Origin: Octopus vulgaris
Lineage: Eukaryota
Assembly: GCA_951406725.2 (NCBI GenBank)
Contig: OX597815.1
Location: forward strand, 71,734,001-71,798,000
DNA length: 64,000 nt
Direction: 5' to 3'
Shown: positions 51,981-64,000 of the stretch, in pieces
How positions within the stretch are numbered: position 1 is the stretch's first letter
Layout: each line of letters starts with the position of its first letter
The notes under the pieces: generated by a model
Told to the model about the DNA's origin: nothing
Databases searched by the model: none
Seen by the model: the letters and a program-made list of their open reading frames with translations, nothing else
Position numbers and translations under genes: made by a program

Positions 51981-53796
51981 ATAACACATCATATGTGATG
52001 CACAGGATACTTGGCTGATAATCTAAGGTCTCACAAAAATATATTATGCAATAATATAGTACCAATACTTATTACCTACCAACTAAACCAGACATTTCGG
52101 TCAAACTCATGAAAATGATGCGACATAAAGTGAATTTAGATGGATTCTGTAATGCATCACCAATATTTTCTTGAAAGAGTTAGAATATGTTTCTGACATC
52201 ATTTGGAGCTTTATATAATATCTTGTCATTTATAGTATTATATATTTATATGTATTTATCTAAAGAGAAAGAACGCTCTTGTCTTTGCACTACAAATAAG
52301 AGGCATTGGCATATAACATTGGCAGAGACATGGCATTGGAAACTACATTTATTTAAAACAAAGATATATTGGTATATAAGAAAGGTTTTTTGCTTATAAC
52401 CAAAGTTTCCACAAGAATTTTACAAATATTGATTATAGAAGAAAAAAATAGAAATCTTTATAGGATTTACACTACATGATGAAACATTTATATAGACTTG
52501 TTAGAAATAACAGCAAAATCTCCTTTGAACTACCAGGAGATACATTGAATGAAGTAGTCTGAGAAACACACCTAGTTTTAAAAAAAAGTGCAGGATGGAA
52601 CATCTTTGATCATAGGTCTGTCTCATTCGCAGTTCAACTGTTGACCTGGGGCTCCAAACAACAACTATGTGTGTACAATGTCAGATATAAATACTGATTA
52701 TTTTGACTCTGCTTTATCTCTGGTTCCTATTGAGTTTTGTGACAACTAAAAAAGAAAAAAGGAAAAGGAAAATTAACAGCTAATATGTCCAAGTTTTAGT
52801 GACCTGCCACTTCAATGTTTTCTTTTTCCGAAACCTAAAAGACTGTGTGCCAACTTACCGAAATGGTGATAAAAAAAGAAAAGAGACATTGACTGTAGCT
52901 AAAACAGCAGTTTTTTTTTTCTCTGTGTATATTGACATAGTTCACTGATCACACTTTGCTCAGCCATGCTAGAGTTCTCAGTGATCTGGCAGACATCCAG
53001 CTATGTCTTATGAAAGAGGCTATATTTTTGATAGAGATTTAAAGTAGAATCTGTTTACCATCTCTGTCAGCTCTTCTGTGTGTGGTCAAGCACCATTCTC
53101 TTCCAGCACCAGCAGGAAGCAAACAAAAATAATATTACAGTTTTCTTTTCAGCCCTATACTCTTGTGATGTAAAATCAAGCTAGGCTCATGTTCCCAGAA
53201 TACATGTCCCTTGAGACAGAATGAGATGGTTTGGCACAGCTGTTTGGATGCAATGACTGGACATTCAGTCTGATTTGGCAATAGTACATTTTGACACTGG
53301 AGGCAAACATACACACACTCACACATGTGCATACACATGCAGCTAGAATAAGTGAGAGAGAGAGAGAGAGACATTCAAATTTATTTATTGAACATTACTG
53401 ACATTAGCACTTTCCCTCTCCTTGTCCACATAATAAGAAATTTGCTCTCACACATAAACAGAGAAAGAAATTGGGGTGAGGAGAACAAGAGAAACTTTAA
53501 AATGTCTGATGGCAAATAAGTCAGCATCAAATCAGTGTCACCAAAGCATCTTATACCTCCCTTGGAATAATGTAAAATGAAGTACAGGTAAAAGTCCTGT
53601 TGCAAAGAATACTTGACAGTATTTCAATATGTATTTTATGTTCTTGCATTATATTTTTGCATTTGCCTTGCAAGATTCTTGATGTGAAATTGTGGTGAAA
53701 CAGATTTTTTTTTTGTATCTGGGGAAGGTCATTATGCCAATAATAAACACATGCACTGGTTTTATTTCACTTCTTTATTATTATAATTAATTCATT

Positions 53797-55295
53797 GAAG
53801 CTGGCAGAATCATTAGCATGCTAGGCAAGATGCTAAGCAGAATTTCGTCCATCTTCTTGTTCTGAGTTCAAATTCTGCCAAGGTTGATTTTGCCTTTCAT
53901 CCTTTCGAGCTTGATAAATTATGTACCAGTCAAGTACTGGGGTTGATGTGATCAACCATTCCCCCTCCTCTCAAATTCCAGGCCTTGTAACATTAGTAGA
54001 AATAATTATTATTATTATTATCATCATCATCATTAATCAAGTAGTTAACCATTTAACTAATTATTTATTGTTTGATAAATAATTTGGTCAATCAATCAGC
54101 TAAGTTTGTCAGTTCTTCATCACCGTTTGTGAGCTCATCAATGACCATGCCTTTGTTACTGCTGGTAGCCTCTCGTCTGTTACATAGTCTACAGTTTCTA
54201 CATTTATATTTATGGAAATATGAGAATGTCTTAGAGAGAGAGAGAGAGAGAGAGCATGCGCAGCAGTGCTTGTGTAATCCAATGAATTCTCTGAAATTGT
54301 GAATGGTTAAACATATTACTCTTATCTTTTTATTTTAAATTTTAGTGTGTTTATTTTTGTGAATGGATTCTGTGTGGGTGGGTGTGTATCAGTATATATG
54401 TATGTATGGACATTCAAGTCCATTTGCTTTACTTATTTTGGGGATGGCACTGGTCAAATTACCATTTTATGACTCACTTCATCTTTTATTCTAAATACTC
54501 GATGGAATTATCCATCTTTTGTCATACGTTACCTTTTGGGTTTTCCAAATCCTTAAACATTAACTTTTATACTGTAGCTGTTTCCTGTCAGTATGCACAA
54601 CTGTCTACCTTCAACATTTAATTTTATTTCAATGTTCAAGCAGGACTGTGTGGTTAAGAAGTTCACTTTGCAACCACCTGGTTTTAGGTTCAATCCCACC
54701 ATGTGGAGCCTTGGGCAAATGTCTTCTACTGTGACCCCAAGCTGGTAGAATCATTAGCATGCAGGATGAATTGCTTAGTGGTATTTCGCCCGTTGCTGTG
54801 TTCTGAGTTCAAATGCCATCAAGGTCAACTTTGTCTTTCATCCCTTCAGGGTCAGTAAAATAAGTACCAGTTGAGTACTGGGTCGATGTAATCAACTATC
54901 TCCATTCCCCAAATCTCAGGCCTTGTGCCTATAGTAGAAAGGGTTGTTGATGTTGTTATGACCTGGTACAGTCAATAGCATTCCAAACAGAATGCTTAGC
55001 AGCATTTCTTCTGATTTTACATTCTTGGTTCCAATGCTTCTGAGGTTAACATTGCTTTCATCCTTTCGGGGTTGATAAAATAAAGTACCTGTCAGGTATT
55101 GGGGTTGATGTAATCAACTACTCCTTCCTCCAAAATTTCAGGCCTTGTGCCTATATTAGAAAAAAATTATTTTTATTATTGTTATTATGCTTATCATCAT
55201 TAAGCAATGAATTGACAGTATTGTTAGCACATAGGGCAAAATACTTAGCTGTGTTCTGGCTCTTTACATTCTGAGTTCAAACTTTGCCGAGGTCA
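53797..55295 (+). mobile_element. SINE family A copies (53797-54003 and a tandem of three at 54740-55295), CpG-decayed
   Basis: Family A head, core and tail with TG/CA at CpG positions. Confidence 0.85.
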
Positions 55296-55671
55296 GCTTT
55301 GCCTTGCTGGCTTTGTACTGAAATGTGAAACCACTATAAGTCTTAGACTTTCTACCAAATCATCATCAACCAAGAATGTGTTTTTCAACCATATTTCACT
55401 CAATAACACACACATACAGACATACGTACCTACATACATGCATAGGCTCATTTTAATATAGTCTATTACTATTGTGGATGATAAAATAAGACAGGAAGTG
55501 GAAGGAGGAGGAGGGTGGGTACTGAATTTGGAGCCTGGAAGTAAGTGTCTCAAAATTAGGTCAGACCTCTATGTTCAGACATGTTTCTAACTGTGTACAC
55601 CTCTTGGCAGCTCTACAGAAAATGTCTTATATGTATGGATGTGTGAGTTTTAATCTAGTCTCCCATTTCTT

Positions 55672-55712
<41 letters not shown>

Positions 55713-56619
55713 TGAACTCCCTTTACATTCCCCTCCCCCAATACTTTTCTTTGGTTCCCCCTCCCTCTTTCTCTCTCTCTCAATCCTCCTTCCCTCACCA
55801 CTTTCTCCCATTCTCCCACTATCTTGCTCTTCCTTCTCCCTGCTTTATATTACACTCCTCCTCTTCCTCCTCTCCCCATTTCTACCATCTCCTGTCACTC
55901 CCTCTCTAATTGTCTCTTAACCCCTTCACATACCATATTCACATCTCTCCCCACCTGCCCCTACCATTGTCTTGAAATTACCCCATGGACTTTCTTTAAA
56001 CTTTCATCTCTACTCTTTCATTTTTCATTCATTCTGCCAGTCTCTACTCTCTCACACTACAACTGTTTTACATACATATATATATATACATACACACACA
56101 CACACACACACACCTTCCAGCTAATGCTATGCATTTAATTTCCTCTATTCCTTTGTTGTATTTAACCTCCTACTTGGCCCTCTTACTACTACCAACAACT
56201 ACCCACCTATTTCATCCATGACCAGCAGTGAGCACCCCAACAATGAACCAAGGATGGAAGGAAGCCCGACTTCTGTATGGTCTTTTGACATGCTAGAAAT
56301 AGCAGCAAAATTCCTTCAAATCCCATCCTACTGTCTTAGAAAATGAACACAGATGATATAGGCCCTAGTCTTTACCCTGTTTTCCTGTATAAGACTAAAC
56401 AGCCACGAATGGAATGTCCATTAATTGTGAAATCCTTGGGCAAACTACAACAGCCATAACCATCATTGCTGTGTGTTATGACTAGGTTTTTGGTGTTCAA
56501 TGTTCCATTAGTATTGTGTATAGGCAATATTTCAAAAATGGTTATGTGAATTAGATATTGTTTCTTGTCTGGCAGGAAATAGTTCACTGGATTTTGAATA
56601 ATTAATTCTAGATCATTCT

Positions 56620-57013
56620 TTTACTGCTTTACCTTTTTTTTTTATCATATTTTTGTTGAAATACATTGTATTTGTTTCAATTTATTTAGAAAATAATAAA
56701 GAATTTAGCAAATTAATTTATTCGTTATTTAGCTGATATTTGGAATGTAAATTAACATGAGATTAATTACAGTTTTAATTTAGATCACTTTAATCCTTTT
56801 GGTACCATATTTCTGTTGAAATATACTGTCTTTGTTCCTCTTAATTTTGGAAATGATGAATTTTATACAATAATTGTCATTATTAAGCCAGTGCCTGTAA
56901 CATAAGTTAAAATGAAATTTAAATGGAGAGTTTTAATTTTGATCATTTTAAAACAGGACATTTGTATCACAGAATCAAGGGCAATGTTTGGCAGGTTGGT
57001 ATCAAAAGGGTAA
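56620..57013. mobile_element. Second piggyBac-like MITE family, two adjacent copies (relative at about 5843-5975)
   Basis: ttaa-(c)ccttttg..taccatatttctgttgaaat ... ggttggtatcaaaaggg-taaa. Confidence 0.55.
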
Positions 57014-57420
57014 ATTCTCTCTCCAGAAACACAAGTATTCTTTTACTGGTTTCAGTCATTTGACTGCAGCCATGCTGGAGCACTGCCTTGAAGGATTTTG
57101 GTCCAACAAATCAACCCCAGGAGTTATTCTTTAAGCTTAGTACTTATTCTATCAAACTCTTTTGCCAAACTGCTAAGTTGCAGAGAGGAAAACACCAACA
57201 AGCAGTGATGGGGGGGGGACAAACACAAAGTCACACGCACATTGATATACACATATAAATGTATATATACGACAGGCTTCTTTCAGTTTCTGTCTCCCAA
57301 ATTCACTCACAAGACTTTGGTCAGCCTAAGGCTCAAGGTGCCACGCAGTGAGACTAAAACCAGAATCATGTGGTTAGGAAGCAAGCTTCTAACCACACAG
57401 CCGTGCCCATAACTTTGTTT

Positions 57421-57851
57421 AAATATATGCTTGAGGTATATTTGAACCCATAAGAAAGTCATTCACTGTATTTTGGCATGAAGAAAATTTCTTGCTATAG
57501 ACAGACAAGTGTAAACACATCAAGTCAGTTTGCAGCGTTCTCAAACCAGACTGGCGGATGCATGCATTTTGGAGTAGTTATCTCCTCTTCAGCACCAGTG
57601 ACCAGAAAGGCAGATACTGTGAACTGTCAAAAGAGAGACTGGTCCCTCTGATTATAGTCTTGTCATTATACAGTGACTAGTTACATTAGTTGTCAGGTCA
57701 CCTTAAATAAAATGCAGGGTGAAAGCGCTAAGCAGTGAAGTGTATAAATACAAACTTTTGTTACCCATTCAAATATGCTTGAGACATGTTTGAACCCGTA
57801 AGAAAGCAATTCTCTGTGTTTTGTCATGGAGAAAATTTCTTGCTCTGGACA
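57421..57851. repeat. About 80-bp direct repeats 350 bp apart, enclosing a decayed hammerhead
   Basis: atatgcttgag...tttgaaccc.taagaaag...agaaaatttcttgct at 57421-57503 and 57771-57851. Confidence 0.8.
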
Positions 57852-58269
57852 TGTTTCTTATGTCCATTTCTTTGTACAAGCAAAATTTCTCTGCCCAGCC
57901 AGTAGAAGCCAATATTTATAAGTTGGTGTCAAAGAGAGACAGCTTTACTATTCTGTTATTTTAGTCAGTGGAGGGGAGGCGAGTACAAGGTTTTCTCTTT
58001 TTGGAGGTCAACATCTGTGAGAAGAACTGGTAGGGGAAAGAATTTCAGAAGCCTGCAAGCAGTCTTGGGAAGCGTATTTGGGTAAAATATTTTGTGTGGT
58101 ATTTCGGTCGATAAGACACTATTGGAATGACAAGAGAAGAGATTGGTGAGCTTGGGTGGCAGTGATAAACATATTTCTAGTTGAGAGGAACAGAGTCAAT
58201 TGTTGTAGCTATATAAAAAAATATGTATGCACGTCTGTGTAGATATATTATATATATATAAGACTTGCT

Positions 58270-58893
58270 AGTCTGAGCTTGTGAATGTAACTTACTAATA
58301 ATTGGAACTTAGCCAATCAGTCTAATGACCTTCTTCTGGATGTGCAACAGTACTCCTCTAATGTGAGTGTTACTTAAGTTTTGTAATCAGAGCTAAAGTA
58401 CTTTAACTTCTCAAATAAAAGACAGGTAACTCAGTGTTTTGGAGGCTTAGTATTAAAATTGAAATTCAAAAATGTATCTGTTCAAGTTATTTGGTGTTGC
58501 TCCTATGAGTTCATAAATAAACTCTACTAAGTTTATTTTTCTCACCATTAGTTTTCAACTGCTTGATTGATATCAACATAGCTACCACCACCACCACCTT
58601 CTTCTTCTTCTTCTTCTTCTTCTTCTTCTTCTTCTTCTTCCCCCTCCTCCTCCTCCTCCTCATCATCATCATCATCATCATGGTGATGATGATGGTGGTG
58701 ATGATGTAGGTAGTGAGCTGGTAGAATCATTAGCATGCTGGGAAAAATGCTTAAGAGCATTTTGTCCATCTTTGCACTTTAAGTTTGAATTCCACCAGGA
58801 TCAACTTTGCCTTTCATCCTTTCAGATTTGATGAAATCAACTGCCCACCCCCTCTCCTCAAAATTTCAAACTTGTATGCTTGTAGAAGAAACA

Positions 58894-58928
<35 letters not shown>

Positions 58929-59428
58929 GGTGGCAAGCTGGCAGAATCGTTAGCATGCAGGCAAAATGCATAGCAGTATTTCACCCATCGCTACAATCTG
59001 AGTTCAAATGCCACCAAGGTTGACTTTACCTTTCATCCTATTAGGGTTTATAAAATAAAGTACCAGTTGCACACTGGGGTTGACGTAATCAACTAACCCC
59101 TTTCTACAAAACTTTAGGCCTTGTGCTTGTAGTAGAATGGACCATTATTGTTGTTATTTTATTATTATTATTATTATTATTATTGCCAAACACTTCCAGG
59201 ATTTAAAATGCTCCCAGAAAACATCCTAACAAACATCGAATATATGGATGAAGGGGTAATGCTGAGTTGCCTGTCTTTTACTTGAGTAAAGTACTTCAGT
59301 TTCGATTACAAAAGCTTAAGTAAAACTCACATTAGGGGAGTACTGTTGGACATTCAGAAGAAGAGAAGATCATGAGAGTGATTAGCAAAGTTCCAATTGT
59401 TAATAAGTTACATTCACAAGCTCAGACT
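58270..59428. repeat. Diverged inverted repeat 58270-58434 vs 59262-59428, with two SINE A copies and microsatellites in the spacer
   Basis: agtctgagcttgtgaatgtaactta...gacaggtaactcag vs ctgagttgcctgtc...taagttacattcacaagctcagact. Confidence 0.9.
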
Positions 59429-59559
59429 TGAAGCTATATGTACACACACCCCCATATATATATATATATATACCTGAAACTCCTCTTAAATCCAGATAAT
59501 ACTAAATAACAATTCTCATTCAGTTTTAAATTGGCTTAGAACATCCAGGATTTAACATA

Positions 59560-60100
59560 CTAACAATAAACTAATAATCAGGGAATGATTATAAAATGTT
59601 AACTTGATATAGGAGGGAACAAGAAGGGATTAGAATCAGGGGTTATTGAAAAAAAAGTTGGGGACAGTATGGAAAGGTGATCGGGTGTGTTTGTGTTGTT
59701 CTGAAATTACTGTTCATTGTTAAGGTAAATGTGGATGGAAGAAAATGGAATAGGAAGGAGCATGGGACTAGGGTGGAGAGAAATCCTGAGACAATCATTA
59801 AAGGAAAGAGTGTTGTGGTGATCTTGGGAACAGATCTGAGGAGGGGAACAAAGTGAAAAATGAGAGGTGTTGAGGAGGCAGTGTGGGGAAAATAAGGCAG
59901 AGGGTGAGTTCAGTGAGAGCAATGAGGAAGAAAGAGATAACAGGTAGGAAGAAAGGGAAGAATAGTATGAATGCTGCCAAAGCATCCCAGATCTGGAGAC
60001 AGTGGAGATAGGACGGGAAGAGAGGAACAGGGGGAAGCTGTAGGTGAATCCAAAGAATGCATTTGGAGAAAGAAAGGCCTAGATATAATGTTGTTGCTAT
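59560..60100 (-). mobile_element. Possible decayed Penelope-like element ORF fragment
   Basis: Minus-strand ..ICSQD.. recalls the LRRICS motif after the PLE RT; heavily degraded. Confidence 0.35.
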
Positions 60101-60849
60101 CATTTCTTCAACTGTTTTAATTCATAGTGATATGGATTAGCCTAGTTTACTGTTTGGTATATCTCACTAAATCCTATATCATTTCATTTAATCCAGCCAT
60201 ATCCAGCCAAGATATTCTGCTTGCTTTAAGTTCAAAGTAGCCAGATGTGGCCCTCCACAGCTATCCTACAGTGTTATTCTAAACATAAACTTCTACATCA
60301 TCAAAATCTTGAAACTACAATATAAGTCATGATTAATTCAAAGCAATATGGATAAATATGCATTATTACACTAACAGAATAATCTGAATGTCAAAGGGTT
60401 AACCAGCATTCTTAGGTTTGTCATAATTATTTGTCAAGTATTTTGGTCACCTTTTTTTCTGCCATGAGTATTCTTCTGACATTTGGTTACAGATTTCTTC
60501 AGAGCAATAAATGGCAGAGTCACAGTGCACCAAATAAAAATAGTTGGGCCCATTTATGTTTGAATTTTAAATCCTGCCTAAGGTTGACTTTGCTTTTCAT
60601 CCTTCTAAGGTCAATAAAATAATATATTTATCCATATATAACATGCATTCATACTTAATGTGCTCTCCACTTTTTGTTTGTGAATTATGAAATTCCAGAA
60701 AAACAGTATGTCGCGTGAATTACGCATAATGTTTGTTTGGTATTACGGTGTATAGAAAAAGAACTGTTTAGTTAGATTTATGGTAATTGCTTTAAGAAAC
60801 TGTTCATGTCCCTTTCAAACAACCTTAAAATATGGAGTAAAAACAAAGA

Positions 60850-61600
60850 CTCATCTTACAAGCAGTATGGAACAACTCTTTGCACCCTGGATCACATTTT
60901 GGCTGGGAAAGGCCAATACAAGGGGAGTCATGACAAGGTTCTTGCAGAAATTGTCAAGTGAACTGATCTGCAAAGAGCGAAGGCTAATATGCACCAAAGG
61001 GTATCATATTCCTAAAGAAAGGTGACAAAGCTCGCAAGGTAAAGGCAAATGGAAGGGGACCCCATTTTCTATTTTGCATTTAGCCTCAGGCTGGGAGATG
61101 CAAGTAAACCTGAGGAGCAGATCTGTCTTCTCAGAGGAGATAGTGGTAACATTACTCCAACATGACATGTTCCTGCTCTACAGAAATGCAAAAACAATCA
61201 TTGCAGTCAAACTTGCAGTGCCCTGGGAAGACAGACTCAATATTTGCTACCTGGTAAAGAAATTGAAATATCAGCACTTAGTCAATGAGGCCCTTGTGCA
61301 GAATGTGGCCTCATTCCCCATTGAATTCAGTTGCCACAGCTTTCCATCTATATTAGTGCACTGACAACTGAAGAAAGCCATCAAGGAAATAGGAACAGCA
61401 GCTGAAACTAGCTTATGATTGCTATGGTTGGTAAGAGACCACAAGTGAAACCCTTTTGTAGGTGAAGACTAGCTCAGTCCTTGCTGCCCCACTCAGATGA
61501 GATTTATAGGTTAAGTGGCAAAATGTTTGATCCTGAGTCCTGAGATACCTGCTGACAATACAGAAGGGTTTCCAGCATCATAATAGATTTAGAAGAGCTT
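60850..61600 (+). mobile_element. Decayed HERO/NeSL-type (restriction-like endonuclease) non-LTR retrotransposon 3' end
   Basis: GQYKGSHDKVL (cf. GRYxWRHDxVL), W.MQVNL, KLAVPWEDR (cf. ELTVPWEE), KKLKYQHL, FPIEFSCHSF (cf. PVEVGCRGF). Confidence 0.8.
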
Positions 61601-63742
61601 AGAAAAGCTCCTGAGTAACTCCTGTAGCTTCTGTGTCGGGCAAAGCATCTCTGGTGTTTATTTCACTATTACATCTGTACTGAAGGTTGTTGACTTAATT
61701 CCACAGAACATGACCCTTGCCTGATGTGCCAAACATTATAATTATCATAGAAAAATTTCGCATTATTTTAGTGGATTTAATATTTATTACCCTACAGTTC
61801 ACTCAAACAATAGATCTAACTTACTAACTTCCATCCATGTGATTCCTAATATGGCAACACACTTCACTGAGTAACATTTAGTTGCCATGTTTAATTTGCA
61901 GCCTTCCTTTTTAAGTTTAAAAATTTGTGGTAAAAAAATGTGCTTCTTATAAAATATGATAAATACCTGTTGAGTAATGGAGTAAAATCAAATGATTAAA
62001 TTACTTTCACTAAATGTGTGATCATATACTAATGTTTACACACACACACACACACACACACACATATCATTATTTTAATGTCTATTTTCCTAGGGTAACC
62101 AACCCTCTTCACCTGCTCCCAAGCAAGGTGATATTTCCCCATAGCTAGGCATGTTTTAGCAGAATATTGGAAATGAATGACACTGCTTATATGACAGTGA
62201 CACTCAGTCAGAACTGTGATGCAATGTCAAGACAAGCACATACACACATATGTGTGTGTGTATGACAGGCTTCCACACAATTTCCAACTACCAAATTCAT
62301 TCACAAAGCATTAATCTACATGGGAGATATAGTAGAAGACACTAGCCCAAAGTGCCATGTATTGGGACTGAAGCAGAAACCATGTAGTTGCAAAGCAAAG
62401 CAAGCTTCTTAATCACATAGATGCAGCCATGCCTGCACATTTTTTTCATAACTTCACTACAACTGTATATATATATATATATATATAGTTGAGAGATGAA
62501 CTTTAATGACAGGAAACTAAAATGATGTATATTATTTATTGAGAACTTGTTTTTATTTTTAGCTTGTGCTTAAAATAAACCATGTCTCTAGGTTTTGTAT
62601 CTTAATTTATTCTTTTTCTATCACTTAACAGAAGAAATAAAATTTCTCATTGGTAACTCTGTAATGTCTTGTGCTACTACTTAGTAAATTCTGTGTCAGT
62701 AGTAAGATAGCCTGAATTGGATTAAATCTGCTTAGTAATCCCTTTTTGTAGTTGCTGCCTCGGTAGCTATAAAGAAACATAAAACTAAAGTTTATGATTT
62801 TGTAGTCTATTTTCTTAAAGTGTTTTGTTATTTTCTCAAGAGCCAAAAGCATCTTTTACCAAAAATAAAGTTTGTCTTGTCCTCTATTTTATGAAGTAAT
62901 GTTTGGACAATAAGTTGGACCAGATTGCTGTCAGATATTTATTTTTTTATTTATTTTGTTGATCTTTGAAATATCTGCTTCCATTCACCATCATTATCAT
63001 TATCTAGTGTCTGTTTTCCATATTAACATAGGTTCAGTAGTTTGACAGTGTCCGACAAGCTTCAGATCTGCATCAGGTCCCATGCCAGCTTTGAAATGCT
63101 GGATGCCCTTCTTTACACCAATCACTTTACAATGTGTACTGGGTGCTTTTTTTTTTTTTTTTTTTTTAATATTGGCATTAATGGGATTACCAAGTAACTT
63201 GCAACACAAAATAAAAGGGAAGGAAAAAAAACCCTTGACTGAGTGGGGAATGTATTTGAAAGGGGTGGTTTTATGCCAGGTACTGACAGGCTAAAGTATG
63301 TTAGAGGGACAAGTGCAGATGTCTGGGTAAAAGTGAACTGAAAGGGAGATAAAGATGGTGGTGACAGGGTGCACGTGGATTTTGCTTATTTATTTATTTG
63401 TTTCATTCTACTTTATTTCATCTACATTATTTCTATTGGCATCATATCTGAAGAATGCATTCATGTGAATGCTATGAGGTGTAGCATCTATCTTTTTTTT
63501 TTTTATATATTTTGTGTTTATATTTATGTATTTTGTTTGTTGCCAGGAATGATTCCAAATAAAAATGAATGGGGCGCATGGTATCGGACTCCTAAAAGAC
63601 ACTCCCTTACAAATGTAGTTAATAATCTGTCGTATGCTTGGATCAGCTCTGGATTTTCATCTTCACTGTGGTAAGTATTGTGATTCACTAATCTCCTTCT
63701 TGGTTTTGTATTTTATAAGCCTCTCTCCTGATAATGTATTAA

Positions 63743-63940
63743 AGGAACTGAGCTAGCAGAATTGTTAACACATCAGAGAAAATGCTCAGCAGCATTTTTT
63801 TTTCCAGATTTTACATTCCAAGTTCAAATCCCACTGAGATCAACTTTGCCTTTCGTCCATCTGGGGTCAGTAGGGTACCAGTTGAGTACTGGGATAAATG
63901 TGATCAACTTGTCCCTCCTCCTTGAAATTGTTGGCTTACA
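63743..63940 (+). mobile_element. SINE family A copy
   Basis: Family A head and core. Confidence 0.8.
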
Positions 63941-63947
63941 AATAATA

Positions 63948-64000
63948 ATCAAGGGGTTTGAAGTCTGGGGAGTTAAGTGGCCAGATGTTATGGGTGATGT
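63948..64000 (-). mobile_element. Mariner-family fragment running off the window (same family as 44605-45401)
   Basis: Minus strand ITHNIWPLNSPDFKP (WPPNSPDLNP motif). Confidence 0.75.

Noticed and set aside
63445-63480. ctgaaga followed by hairpin gcattca-tg-tgaatgc
   Set aside because: No GAAA or cleavage triplet, so not supportable as a hammerhead

Overview
AT-rich, microsatellite-dense eukaryotic DNA dominated by repeats. The tRNA-derived SINE families and the RTE LINE look like those of octopus (coleoid cephalopod); this is an inference from recalled repeat sequences, not a search. No complete host protein-coding gene could be identified. Well-supported content: dozens of copies of three tRNA-derived SINE families, TTAA-flanked piggyBac-like MITEs, other MITEs, two Tc1/mariner relics, a young 5'-truncated RTE LINE with a PHD-like finger inside its RT, and relics of HERO, R4/Dong and Penelope-like elements. 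Most notable: (i) a 2.2-kb ORF1-only (gag-like, no RT) element inserted with a 17-bp target-site duplication into a SINE head, where the host SINE itself appears to sit in another SINE head; (ii) two near-intact and several decayed type I hammerhead ribozyme motifs; (iii) many local inverted duplications/palindromes and two templated-looking insertions with flanking duplications; (iv) a CpG-poor / CpG-rich / CpG-poor domain pattern, with promoter-like motif clusters and candidate 5' exons of a plus-strand gene at about 26.7-28.8 kb. Coordinates of decayed repeats are approximate.
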